Notes under the pieces: generated by a model
The model's database searches: none
Told to the model about the DNA's origin: nothing
What the model saw: only the letters and a program-made list of their open reading frames with translations
Translations under genes and position numbers: made by a program
In this document: positions 1-12,800 of the stretch, in pieces
How positions within the stretch are numbered: position 1 is the first letter of the stretch
Layout of the letters: each line of letters begins with the position of its first letter
Source: Eledone cirrhosa
Taxonomy: Eukaryota
Assembly (NCBI GenBank): GCA_964016885.1
Contig: OZ024741.1
Span: 313,224,001 to 313,288,000, forward strand
Reading direction: 5' to 3'
DNA length: 64,000 nt

Positions 1-100
1 GTCTTAATAACATTGTGGTTCAATGCATGGGGTTGCAGAACAATAATATAAGAGACGCAAGATTAGAAAATTATAAAATTAACTTACTTACTAAAATATC

Positions 101-182
101 ACTTCCAACTAATTATTTTCTGGAATGGAGTAGATACATCTTCCGAAGAAGGTGTTGAAAAACATCCTGTCATCAGGAAAGT
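101..182 (-). ncRNA. Type I hammerhead ribozyme, family A (one stem III substitution)
   Basis: Reverse strand reads ACTTTC-CTGATGA-stem II-GAAAATAATTAGTT-GGAAGT, with GAAAA in place of GAAAC. Confidence 0.6.
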
Positions 183-688
183 CTATTCTCATACAAGTTT
201 CCAGGCAAAGCGAGGAAGCTGGAAGCTTATTAAAAAATAAATCAGTGAATAGGAAATAGCAAAGCGTGGACTTACTTCCTAGCCATTGAGAAAATCACTG
301 CCTCTGTGTCTGTGGCAAATTCAAAAAGAATCGAACACGTGACATCGAGGTCAATCGGTGGAAAGTGGGTTGTTAATAAGACAGCGGCCAGCCTACTACC
401 GTAGCAGCAGTCATGGCCAGTATTGCTCGACAAATATTTTGGAGATAATAATAAAGAATTTATATCTAGTAACATATATATACATACAAATGCATATCGA
501 TGCTAGCAAATATATAGGTTTTGTCTTAATAACTTTGTGGTTCAATGCATGGGGTTGCAGAACAATAATATAAGAGACGTAAGATAAGAAAATTATAAAA
601 TTAACTTACTTACTAAAATATCACTTCCAACTAATTAGTTTCTGGAATGGAGTAGATACATCTTCCGAAGAAGGTGTAGAGAAACATC

Positions 689-769
689 CTTTCCTGATGA
701 CGGGATGTTTTTCAACACCTTCTTCGGAAGATGTATCTACTCCATTCCAGAAACTAATTAGTTGGAAGT
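689..769 (+). ncRNA. Type I hammerhead ribozyme, family A
   Basis: CTTTC-CTGATGA(694-700)-C GGGATG..C(TTCG)G..CATTCC A-GAAAC-TAATTA-GTT-GGAAG. Stem III region is palindromic. Confidence 0.75.
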
Positions 770-1209
770 GATATTTTAGTAAGTAAGTTAATTTTATAAT
801 TTTCTTATCTTACGTCTCTTATATTATTGTTCTGCAACCCCATGCATTGAACCACAAAGTTATTAAGACAAAACCTATATATCTGCTAGCATCGATATGC
901 ATTTGTATGTATATATATGTTACTAGATATAAATTCTTTATTATTATCTCCAAAATATTTGTCGAGCAATACTGGCCATGACTGCTGCTACGGTAGTAGG
1001 CTGGCCGCTGTCTTATTAACAACCCACTTTCCACCGATTGACCTCGATGTCACGTGTTCGATTCTTTTTGAATTTGCCACAGACACAGAGGCAGTGATTT
1101 TCTCAATGGCTAGGAAGTAAGTCCACGCTTTGCTATTTCCTATTCACTGATTTATTTTTTAATAAGCTTCCAGAGTCCTCGCTTTGCCTGGAAACTTATA
1201 TGAGAATTG

Positions 1210-1291
1210 ACTTTCCTGATGACGGGATGTTTTTCAACACCTTCTTCGGAAGATGTATCTACTCCATTCCAGAAACTAATTAGTTGGAAGT
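1210..1291 (+). ncRNA. Type I hammerhead ribozyme, family A
   Basis: ACTTTC/GGAAGT stem I, CTGATGA 1216-1222, GAAAC 1272-1276, GTT cleavage triplet. Lies 522 bp from the previous copy. Confidence 0.78.
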
Positions 1292-1989
1292 GATATTTTA
1301 GTAAGTAAGTTAATTTTATAATTTTCTTATCTTACGTCTCTTATATATATATATATATATATTTATCACGTTTCTTATGTGATATCATATTCAGCTCTGT
1401 AAGAGCATCGAGTGCTCAAACGGCCTACTGCTTACGGACGCTTTAATTACCCCACACCAATTATATATATATTTGTATATATATATATATATATATACAT
1501 AAATATATTTATATATATACCGTATATGCTGGTGTAAAAGTTGAACAGCTGCATAGGTCGACCCATCAAATTCTGGGTGTAATATACGCCGGTTGAGACG
1601 ACACGCCAAGTATGCGGCATTACCATCTCCCCATCCATAGATTGCCGCTGCTTATTTGCACAAAATATAAAATATGGAAACAAACACTAAATAGTTGTAA
1701 AATAAAAATGCATGTGAAGAAACAACAATTTGTAAAATTTACATTTCAGTTACAAAATGATTTGACTGAACTGTTTTATTAGTAAACAACATGCTACCAC
1801 ACCGTGACTTGAAACGCGGTAATTTTAAACATCTAAATATTCCTAATCCTCTGTGTATCAGCATTACATGACGATATATCTTTACTTTCCGCCTGTTTCG
1901 TTTAGTGGAGAAATTACCGTAGATTTTCCGATAGTTTAGATAATTCAGTGAATCAGTATACCATTAACATCATATCTATAATAATAATA

Positions 1990-2150
1990 ATTGTTTCTAC
2001 TTTTGGCACAAGGCCAGCAATTATCAAGTACATTATTGGTACTTTATTTTATCGAACCCGTAAGGATGAAAGGTAAAGTTAACCTAGGCGGGATTTGAAC
2101 TCAGATGGTAAAGGGACGTAACTACGCTGGGAAGCATGTCTGACTCTCTA
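1990..2150 (-). mobile_element. tRNA-derived SINE fragment
   Basis: B-box-like GAGTTCAAATCC on the reverse strand plus a CCTTTCATCCTTACGGGTTCGATAAAAT central-domain-like motif. Homologous to 16480-16668. Confidence 0.6.
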
Positions 2151-2189
2151 TTATAATAATAATAATAATAATAATATTATATATATCTA

Positions 2190-5065
2190 TATCATCATCA
2201 TCATCATCATCATTATCATTTTACGTCCCTTTTTCCCTGATCGCAAGGATTGGACGGGTCCTATTCAGCCCTGTATCTCTCCACTTGTCACGTTCCTTTG
2301 TCATCTCCTCCGTGAGTTTCAGCAATCTGATGTCTCAGTCTTCTCTCCTGCACACCAAAACCTATCCCTCTTATACCCAGTTTATCTCTCCACACAACTA
2401 TGATTGGTCGTTCACGCACATTGACAGTGCACATTCAACGCAGCAGACTTGCTTCATTTCTCTCCACCCGTCGCATATCCTCTGCCGATGCTGCCGATAT
2501 CTCAATACTAAGCAACATCGCCCATCTCACACAGGCATCATGTAACCGGCCTTTCGTACGCAGGGAGAAACACTTCTTTGTCAACAGATGAGGTAGCGCC
2601 CTAATCTGTTTCCTACCCATCCTTATTCTGGATACTATGGCCTCGGATCACCCCCATCCCATGCTAATCTGATCACCTAGGTACCGGAAGCGATCAGCCA
2701 TTTCTATAGAACCCACCTGCATTGGAAAAATGAGTCTATCACTGCGATTACTACTGCCAACTTTCCCTGTATATCTACTGCATAAGTAGTTTTCCCTACA
2801 TGTTAGTTTGCCTGATATGCCACTACATATTTTGTGTACCCAAGATCTGCATGCGTACGTTTTATGGAATTTATTCCAGTTCCTTTTCTACATATTGAAC
2901 ATGACCATTTCCCTGCTGATATCAGAATTTTGTCCTCTCTTCTACTTATCAACACTTTTGTCTTAGCCAGATTCACTCTCAGTTCTCTGAATTTATTCTC
3001 TAGCTCCTCTACTAGGTTCACTCTCAGTCTTCTGAATTTATTCTCTAGCTCCTCTACTGATTCTGCTATAAGCACCAGATCATCAGCATAGAGAAGTTCC
3101 CATGGGTAACCAGTATTAAACTCCTCTGTTATGGCTCGGAGGACTATAATGAACAATAGCGGGCTGAAGACTGAACTCTGATGTACACCTACTTATATCT
3201 GGAATTCCTCACTAAACTCTATTTCTACTCTCATTTTACTGGCAGCACCTCTCTACATAGCTTGCACTGTCCTCACCCGCTATTCCTGTACACCTAGTTT
3301 CCTGAGCGACCACCAGATGACAGATCGGTGTACCCTATCAAATGCCTTCTCTATGTCAACAAAAACTAAGTATAGTAGTGGCATATTCTTCTCTAAGCGC
3401 CTCTCTTGTAGTTGCCTCACTAAGAATAGGGCATCTGCTGTACTTTTCTGAGCCACAAACCCATTCTGTATCTCATCTAATTTGACCCTTTCTTTAATCA
3501 GTTGCGTTACAATTCTCTCTGCTACTTTCATAACCTGATCCATCAGCTTTACGCCCCTATAATTGCTCCTCTCCAGAGCATCCCCTTTTACCTTTATAGC
3601 AATTTATGAGAATACTGATGCATCAGTCTTTGGGTATGACACCACCATATATATCTCGATTGATGATGCGTGCAACCAGTTTAGTAGCTATTTCTCGTGA
3701 TGCCTTCAGCTTCTAAGCAACTATCCCCAACGGTCCAGCAGCCTGACTATTTTTCATTTCCTTAATTGCTTCTGGGACCCTATATTCCTCAATCTCAATA
3801 GCTGGACCCTCTGTCGTGTCTACAGGGAGTAATTTCTCTGTCTCCCATTCGTTCTCCACATTCATCAGTCCCTATTAATGACATTTCTAGTCCTCCTATT
3901 TTTTTATCATTCGTGACACTAAGTACACCGGCATGATTCCGGACACAATTATCTCCAGCAACATCCTGATTTGCACTGACACACTCCTTGCAATGCGGAA
4001 CACCGCACGTCTCTGATCTTCCCGTCGCAAAACATTAGCAAACATCCTACTCTCAGCCTCCCTGCCTGCTAAGTACACCTGACGTCTAGCTTCTAATCCC
4101 ACCATTTTTCCAAGCTTTCCCTGCTAGTCTTTTGTCATTAATGCCCCTATCTACCGTGCTGTTCCACCACCAGTTCACTCTCTGTCTGGTTGGAGCTCTG
4201 CACCAGCCACAAGCTTCTTCAGTAACCTGCAGTAAGTTGTCACTTAAGAATTTCCAGTTATCATCTATGTCATACGACTCTAAATCATCTTATTTTTCGT
4301 CATACACATTTTGAAGAGCTTTGCTAAAATTATATTTTAGTGAAAGGTCTTTTAGCTTCCAGACATTTCTTCCCCACACCTTCCTGTATGTCTCATTCAG
4401 TCTCTTGCTTACTGAGATGTCACTAGCGACTAACCTATGCTGTGGTGTACATTCTTCCCCAGGGTATGCCTTAGTATTTGACACCATCTCTCTCTCTCGC
4501 TGTACAAATAGCAGGACGTCAATCTGGATTATGTGCTCGCCTGATTTGTAGGTTATTAGGTGGTCGGTAGGATTCTTGAAGTTAGTGTTGCAAATGGTTA
4601 GGGCACTTGCATCATGAAATTCAAGAAGCCTCACTCCTTCATTTCTAGAGCCATAACCGTGCTAATCGTATACCCCAGTGTATCCATCGTGGAGCTGTCC
4701 AACATGACCATTGAAGTACCCTGCTAGCATAAAGATGTCTCCGTCCTCTGTCATTGAGGCTATCTGTAGAAGTTGCTCGTAAAAGCAGTTTTTCTCTTCT
4801 TTACTTAACCTGCCTGGGGAGCATAGGCAGAGATGACTGTCAGTAGTCACATGTCTACAACTAATCTAAGCTTAATTATTCTATTACTAACTGTAACTAC
4901 CTCTATTGTCTCATCGATCCATCTCTCAGCCAGTAATATACCCACACCAGCTAACCCATCGTCATTACCCACACGGAAGGAAACGCTTATAAATAAGGTG
5001 TTTGCCTGTGATTAGTCTTGCAGAGGCACCTCTCCATCTCACCTCTTGTACGCAGCACACACATT
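2190..5065 (-). mobile_element. Degraded RTE-clade LINE (APE endonuclease + RT, many stops and frameshifts)
   Basis: Fragments VCCVQEVRWRG, GYFNGHVG, LVFVDIEKAFDRV and WELLYADDLVLIAES. (ATG)n-type tail at ~2190-2220. Confidence 0.9.
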
Positions 5066-5074
5066 CAAATGCCT

Positions 5075-5380
5075 TATATATACAGTGAGCAGGCTTGACA
5101 TTAGAAAATAGAATAGCTTTCACCGTATTTTTGACTAAAGAAATTTTAGCCTGATAATGGAGTTTAGGACCCTCAGATAAATGGAAAAAGATGAGTATTG
5201 ACGTACATGGGAATCGAACCCACATCTTTGGTTATCCAGCCCACTGTGCTACCATTACGCCAACACATCACCCATCTCCTCCCATTCAAATTAGAGGTTA
5301 CATTCTTGGCGAGTATTAATGACAAGCAAGTATGTTTTGAAACAGTGAGCAGGTTTGAAATTAGAAAATAGAATAAACTT
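5075..5380 (-). mobile_element. Short element with ~35-bp direct terminal repeats containing a tRNA-like sequence (5199-5269)
   Basis: CAGTGAGCAGGYTTGAMATTAGAAAATAGAATA at ~5083 and ~5343. Reverse strand shows A box TGGCGTAATGG, B box GTTCGATTCC and acceptor-like GATGTGT/GTACGTC. Confidence 0.55.
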
Positions 5381-5474
5381 ATATATATATATAGTAAAAA
5401 ATTACTATATATTACCCTGAAATTATATTATATATTACCTTATATATTACTATATATTACTCTAAAAATGTACC

Positions 5475-5538
<64 letters not shown>

Positions 5539-5541
5539 CAC

Positions 5542-5962
5542 ACGTCTGTATACATATATGTATGTACGTATACATACATACTTACATTTAAGTAAGTGCC
5601 GTACTAAGAGTGAGAAATGAAATTTCGTTTTCATTTTATTACAACTCATCGTTTTCGGTGCACCTGACCGATTTAACTCACTCGATATGCAAATTAGACT
5701 GCTCAGCCGTTAATTTCCATAAGGAAAGTATATACTTTCGAACGTTCAACTATCTGGCAGATGGGTATACGATGCTGATGATAGCTAACAAGCTTGAAAC
5801 TAGTACATCGTTCCTGTGTCAGTGTTGAACAAAAAGGTGACGGAGTTGCCTTAACACCGTGCGGCATAAATTCAGGCTGTTCAGTTTGTTTACAAACGAA
5901 CAAAGCGGGCGCTATAATAAGCGTCCGCTAAACTTATGCGTACATATATGTATGTGTACCTG

Positions 5963-6012
<50 letters not shown>

Positions 6013-6124
6013 TGCTACTGTACGTCTGTATACATATATGTATATACGTATACATACATACTTACATTTAAGTAAGTGCCGTACTAAGAGTGAGAAATGA
6101 AATTTCGTTTTCATTTTATTACAA

Positions 6125-6125
<1 letters not shown>
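5542..6125 (+). mobile_element. Hammerhead-bearing non-coding repeat, family B, array 1 (1.2 units, 480-bp period)
   Basis: 5542-5645 is repeated at 6022-6125. Flanked by (TA)n and homologous to 13718-14632 and 44702-46185. Confidence 0.85.
5769..5811 (+). ncRNA. Minimal type I hammerhead ribozyme, family B
   Basis: ACGATG-CTGATGA-T AGCT AACA AGCT T-GAAAC-TA-GTA-CATCGT: perfect 6-bp stem I, intact core, palindromic ACTAGT stem III. Confidence 0.88.
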
Positions 6126-6169
<44 letters not shown>

Positions 6170-7628
6170 ATTAAAGTACTGGAGCGTGTTGGAGTTAAAC
6201 ACCCTCTTCGAATTATAGAAATGACAGTAAAAGATATAGCTCAATGTAATTAAACAGAGCCGAAGAATTATTATATAAAACAGTATATTGATTATGATGT
6301 TATGCTCCTTTGTATCCTCCATACATTTCTTTTTTTCTGTCCCTATTAGCCTACCATAATTCTGCTTAAGTCAGTTTTTTAGATATCGTTATGTAAATGA
6401 TAGTAGAATATTTCATTCCTTTATATATATATATTTATTGTGAAATATTAATGTTTAGGAATTTTGATTACTTAAACCATAGCTAATATTGTATAGCCTT
6501 ATTAGGTATTTTAAATATTTTCAATATTAATTTATCAAATAGGGTTTTCTAGTCATTTATCTGGGTTGTTTCCTAAGTTTTTACTTAACTGCATGTGAGA
6601 CCTAAGTAAATACTTTTGTTTTTGTTTTTTTAATTTCCGGTTGATTTTATTTATTTATTTATTAATACTACTATGCATAGTATTTTCTGTCTGGCACTTA
6701 TTCACTCATACATATATGTGTCTGTTTACCAACCTTGTAATTATAAGTAATTATATATTATATTATATTATGTTCATTATTTTATATTGAAGTTGTTATT
6801 GTACTATTGATCCTTATTACTTACCGATGATTTTATGTACCATTATGATATGTTAAATTTTATATATCATGTAAGATGTTTATATTTTTGTACCATCATA
6901 ATTTTGGGTATTGTACAATTCATATATTTTTTTCTCACCTACTCTGTAACTCTATATGAATTGATTTGTTAACTTACATGCCATTATATATATATATATA
7001 TATATTATATATTATTATATTATTATTATAGGATTATTGTGACATCTATATTGTCTGTGTAAATTAACCGGAGATTATCTATTATATTATATTATATATT
7101 ATATAATTATATAGTTTATTATATATTATATGTGTTACTTTTAATCATTTCATTACTTCATGTTATACTGTATATTAGATATACGTATTATTATTATTTT
7201 TATTCCTATTATGGTCATTTATATTTAAACTCTTAATAAGGTTTATTTGTGCTGTTAACAATGGAAATGTGTATTGACGTATATGTATATATGCGTACGT
7301 GTGCGTATATATATACATATGTATATTGTGCCATTTAATTTTAATTTTAATTTTAATTTTAATTTTAATTTTAATATTGTTAAAAGTATATTATATTATA
7401 TTATATTGTATTATATATAGTACTATAATTCCCTGCTCTATATAACCACCTTTAGTTTTTTTGCTTTGGACTATATTTGTAATATGGTTCAAAATGTTAT
7501 CCACATCCTTAGTGATTTTTATTATATAGATTTACCCATAATTTTCCAATACTTTAGTGTATGTACACTCCATATTCTTCGGAGTTTTCGGCTTGTATTG
7601 GCCGATAGTACTTCTTGTGGATTTGATT

Positions 7629-7666
7629 GCCCTGATGAGTCCTTAATAGGACGAAACATTGTTGGC
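7629..7666 (+). ncRNA. Minimal type I hammerhead ribozyme, family C, at the end of a 1.3-kb AT-rich pLTR-like stretch
   Basis: GCC-CTGATGA-GTCCT TAAT AGGAC-GAAAC-ATT-GTT-GGC, with a canonical G10.1-C11.1 pair. Confidence 0.85.
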
Positions 7667-7711
7667 TAATAAAGACTTTTGATGTATTGAAGGCATCTTT
7701 GTTTAATTTTC

Positions 7712-7780
<69 letters not shown>

Positions 7781-7801
7781 ATATATATATATATACATAT
7801 C

Positions 7802-7881
<80 letters not shown>

Positions 7882-8395
7882 TAATATATATATACATATA
7901 TATATATATACTTATATATACATATATATATACATATATATATATATACATATATATATATACATATATATACATATATATATACATATATATATAATTG
8001 GAAATCAGTAAAATCGAATCTCTGGCGGTTTGCAAGTAAATTCGGCCTACTTATATGAAATGATGAGTTAGCAAAACACTCGATAAGATAGGTCTCAAAG
8101 TTATAACATACGTTTAAATAGCTTGACAAATCGAACATTGTGGTAGGCGAAACTAACACACAATATATACCAAAGGAACGATAGAACTAATCAGGTTGAG
8201 AAAAATACACCTGGACAAATCAAACGGGCATATGTTTAAAGTATTTCTCTGAATCCGAAATCAAATATCAGACTTACATGAATGGCAAGATCGTGGTATT
8301 GGTGACTGAACAGAGGACTCAGGTTATCAACAGGTTTTCGTTCTGCTTATAACCAGGAGTGATAAAATATGATGCCGCTCGAATGGCTGCTAATC

Positions 8396-8478
<83 letters not shown>

Positions 8479-8569
8479 TAGTAAAAAGTTGAACGGGAAC
8501 AAAATAGAGAGGCAGTACGAACAAAGGTTTAATAGTTTAACGCTCTTGAAAGTGGGGTGGTGGTGGGGA

Positions 8570-8601
8570 ACGACGTTTCAGGCATAAGCCCTTCTTCAGG
8601 T
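8570..8601 (-). ncRNA. Minimal hammerhead motif lacking a stem III loop, family D
   Basis: Reverse strand AC-CTGAAGA-AGGGC TTAT GCCT-GAAAC-GTC-GT. Stem I is only ~2 bp. Confidence 0.6.
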
Positions 8602-8825
8602 GAAAAGTGTGTGGGAAGAGAGTTCCAAGGGTGTATAGGGGAGTGGTGGAGAGACATATAGAAAAAAGGGCGTGAGAGGAAACGGTACAAATGAAATTAA
8701 ATATAAAAGCATAATGAAAATAAAAATAAACATGAAGTAGAACAGGTGGCGGAAGGGTGTGGGGCGTGTAGGGGGGGGGTCCGAGCGGGGAGGGATGAAG
8801 GTGGTGTGTGTGTGTGTAGGTGTAC

Positions 8826-8858
<33 letters not shown>

Positions 8859-9523
8859 AAAGTAAGAGTTGGCGTAAGAACGGGGTTGCATGTTCAGAAA
8901 GAGGTGTGTGTGGGGGGTGGGGTGTAGGTTGGTGTGTGTGTGTGCGTGTGTGTGTTCGTGTGCGTGGGGTGGAGGGGTGTTAGTGATGTTAGTTGGTGGG
9001 GGGGTAGTGGTGGTAGTAGGGTGTGTGTTTAGAGTGAGCGCGTGTATATATGTACCGGTAGGTGTGTGCGTGTGATAAGGGGAGGGGAGAGAAGAAGGGA
9101 GGGATGTTAGTATGTTAGTTGGGGAAGGGTGGTCGGGTGTGGGGTGGAGGTGTTATTATTGTTAGTTGTGGGGTGGGCGGTGAAAAGGAGGGGTGTGTTA
9201 GTGGTGTTATTGGGGGATATGTTAGTGGGGGATATATAAATCAGCGAGAATCGTATTTCAGCTCAGGAATTAACGAAAAACAACTTCCAAGATGTGTGGC
9301 AAGCGCTCGATGATTCATATGAATCAGAGCTACAAAATACGTTAAAGGCCAAACACACTGAGATGGTGGTTAAACTAATCTTCCGCATAGCCAAAAAAAA
9401 CGACCAAGTAATTCGCGTCAAACAATCAAAATATATGTGATTGAAAATTTACCCGGACCCACTGGACTGATGGTAAAATCCAGTATTTGGGTTTCTGTTT
9501 ATATATATATATATATATATATA

Positions 9524-9841
9524 TTAAATTGTTAAACAATATTCAATAATTATGTCAAAGAATTAGTTTTACAGTTGATTGGAAGCACTCAAAAAAAAAA
9601 TTAATTCCTGGATTTATTAATATTAAAATATAAGTATTAATAAAATAGATGTTCTTTTGATCAATTACATTTTATTATACATATTTCGAATGTACAACAG
9701 TACGTCCTCATCAGACAAAATAGAATGATACATGACTTACCCTGAGATGTTAAATGGTTAAGATTTCATCAAGGTGGTACTACCTGAATTAAATCTTAAC
9801 CATTTTACATCTCAGGGTATGTCATGTATCATTATATTTTG
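9524..9841. mobile_element. Solo pseudo-LTR fragment of the Penelope-like family at 32567-39618, with a small fold-back
   Basis: 9524-9775 matches 32567-32815. 9790-9841 is the inverted copy of ~9715-9766 and is cut off by the adjacent LINE. Confidence 0.8.
9666..9724 (-). ncRNA. Type I hammerhead ribozyme, family E
   Basis: Reverse strand ATTTTGT-CTGATGA-GGACGTAC TGTT GTACATTC-GAAA-TATGTA-TA-ATAAAAT. Confidence 0.75.
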
Positions 9842-9843
9842 CT

Positions 9844-12800
9844 GTAGCTTCGCTAGATTGCCTCAAGCTCCGTGGTTAGTTTGACACTATGGGGTGACCA
9901 CAACTGGGAGCAGTAGTCCAGGCGGCTTAGGACAAATGTCCTCCATAGTGTCAACATGGTGTCTCGGTCTCTTGTCCGGAAAGTCCTCAAGATCCAGCCA
10001 GCGAGTTGTCTGCACATTGTCGCCATTATCATGATGTGTGACTAAAAAGATGCATCATCGCTCATGTCTATGCCCAGGTCTCGTATCGATTTCGACACGG
10101 GGATATCGGTCTCTCCTGGTCCTGTGTAGATGTGTTGTACTATGTTTGTGTTTGCAGGTTTGTTTGGAGGTTTGTATTGTAGGGCTTGGAATTTTTCAGC
10201 ATTAAACTGCATGTTGTTTTCTTCCGCCCATTTGTATATGGCATCCAGATCTTGTTGTAAAAGGGCAGCGTCAGCCGGGGTTTTAATTGCCTGTGCTACC
10301 TTAGTGTCATCAGCATAGCTAGTGAGGGATGTTGTTGTATGTACTACAGAGGGCATGTCTGAGAGAGCCACCAAAAACAGTAGTGGTCCCAGGATTGTCC
10401 CCTGGGTCACCCCACTTGTTATTGGTGTTTCCTTTGAGAGGGCCCCATTTGCTGCGACTGTCTGGCTTATGTCCTTTAAGAAGTCATGCAGCCACTCACC
10501 TACTTTTCCAGTTATGCCGAGTCCGTGTAGTTTGTAACATATCATTCCGCGGTCGACCTTGTCAAAGGCGTTCCCAAAGTCAAGATATATCACGTCCACA
10601 TGTGAGCTGTCTAGTAGTTGTCTCAGTACTTAGTCGTAGTGATGTAGTAGCTGTGTAAGGCAGCTTCTTCCTGGGCGGAAGCCATGTTGCGTGCTAGTCA
10701 GGCGGTCATTTTCCTCTAGGAACGGGATTAGTTTCTTTCTGACGACTCGCTCCATGACCTTACTGATATGTGACATCAGGGAGACTGGTCTATAGTTTTT
10801 GGCCTCCGCTCTGCTACATCCTTTATGGATAGGGCATATTGTGCCTTCCTTCAGCTCCCTGGGTAGTACACCGCTAGCAAAGGAGCTTCTGAAGATCATC
10901 TTCAGTGGAGTTGCTAAGGCGCACTTACATGTTTTTAAGAGAACCGCTGGGAATCCATCAGGTCCAGCAGCTAAGTATGTTCTAATTTCATCTATGGCGT
11001 ACACCACATCCTCCTCCGTTATGTCTTATGTGCTTGATGGTCGCCATTTCTTCATGTAGTGTTGTGGCATCAAATAACTCTTCTGGCTTCGTTATTTGCA
11101 TGTGCCTCAGTGGACATGTGAACACACTTTTGTACTGTTCGTTCAGTATTTCACATATCTCTTGGGGGTTTTTGGTTAATGAACCGTCTGTATGGAAGAG
11201 TGGCCCAATCTTGCAGTGTACCGAGGCAATTTCTTTTGCAAATTTAAAGAAGGCCATAGGGTTTGCTTTAATGTTTTCTATGGCCCTGTTCTTTTTCTTT
11301 GCTCTCTCATTTTCATGGGAAAGTGTGAGTGCAATCTCGGTGCCAATTAGTGCACATTTCAAATAAGATTCCTTCTTGATTTTGTTTTCTTGTTGAGCAT
11401 TCAACTGGTTTGAGAGCTTGGTTCTACGTCTCATAAGGATTTTACTATCTCTGGGAATAAGATTTTTGTGTTTGTTTGCCTTTTTCTCCGGGACAGACTG
11501 TTTGCATATAGTCTGTATCGTTGTCATGAAGTATTGAAATTGTGTGTTAGTGTCTTGTGTGGCGGTGTTTTCACTCCATGTTTGCTCCCGGATTTCTCTC
11601 TTAATCTTTTTCCAGTTAGCCTTGTAGAAGTTAAGGCTGGATAACGTCCCGGAGCTTCTTGGTGGTTTTGTCTCTGTTGATTCTCCCGGGCCACATATCA
11701 TTAGCTCTACCAAGTTATGATCCGAGATAATTGTTGGTGTCACCTTTACATTGTGGATGAGCACTTCGTTGTTTGTAAAACAGAGGTCCAGGACATTTTC
11801 GCCTCTTGTTGGGAGGAGCATTGCTTGCTCCATGAACAGCCTGTGTGTGAGGGCCAGCAAGGATTTCGTCTGTCTCTGTTCTATTGACGTCATTCCAGAG
11901 AGGAGGTGGCCCTCATGTCATTTCACCTTTGGTAGGTTGAAGTCTCCCAGCAGTAGAATGTTTAGACCCTGGTCCAGTTTGTCAAGGACCTTTTCTTTCC
12001 TACTTAGGCTATCCTCAAATTTACCCTCATGACTGGGGGCATCGGGCGGCCGATATATGACACATATAACTGTCTGTAGTTGCTTCATATGTACTATCAG
12101 TGTGTCACAGACTGAGTTTGAAAGTGTCAACAATACAATTGGTGTGACATCTTCACGGATATACAGAGCAACCCCACCATGAGTTCTCTCCTTCCTGTCC
12201 GAACGAAATACAGTATATTTCGGTATATATATTTCTGCATCTGCTATACTGCTTGTCTGGTGCGTTTCGGTTAGTGCCATGCATAATGCTTGATTTATTA
12301 TGGCTAAGTCTCCCAGGTAGGAAATGTTACTCATGTTACTGAGTTTCACCTGGCCTCTAACATTCAGTAGCAGCACCGGTGTGACTTTTGGGGTGCCAGT
12401 AATGGCTGTCGGTACGACATCTGGTCTGGTGTCAGCGGCGGCCACTCTGGGTCCCTTAGCTGTGGTGGTCTCGTGTGCTGGTGTGGGTGACCCTGGCTCT
12501 GGAAACGATGCAGCCAGGTCAGCTGTCCTACAATCTTCTCTGCCATCACTAACAAAATGTTCTGCTCTGCTGCTGCCATCTGTATCTCTTCGGCATGTGC
12601 GTGCCTTCTCCTTGCTGGGGCGGCACGCGCGAAATCACCATACTTCTGGAGCGGCTTATTTCGGCCTTGGCTGGGGCATGTTGGGCGAGTAGGCTGGGCA
12701 TAGTTCGTTTGAGACTGGGGTGGGCGAATCTGCATCCCATCCCTGTCTCTCCATGCCAGCAGGTCCTGTTCTTGAAAAACTTGCATATTACTTGTTTTTT

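Larger units (their letters stand above)
1..1341. mobile_element. Non-coding 522-bp tandem repeat arranged as a large head-to-head palindrome (axis ~696), one hammerhead motif per unit (family A, retrozyme/pLTR-like)
   Basis: 1-170 recurs at 523-690. Mirror ORF pairs 272..475/917..1120 and 358..573/819..1034 both sum to 1392, placing the inversion axis at ~696. The right arm ends at a (TA)n tract. Confidence 0.8.

Noticed and set aside
272-1120. Duplicated 67-aa and 71-aa ORFs
   Set aside because: Mirror products of the palindrome, with no recognisable domain and non-ATG or weak starts.
2950-3060. Repeated LRVNL..VEELENKFR peptide
   Set aside because: A local ~45-bp tandem duplication inside a dead RTE copy.
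5199-5269. Functional tRNA gene
   Set aside because: The anticodon and D arms pair poorly and it sits in a repeat, so it is treated as tRNA-derived.
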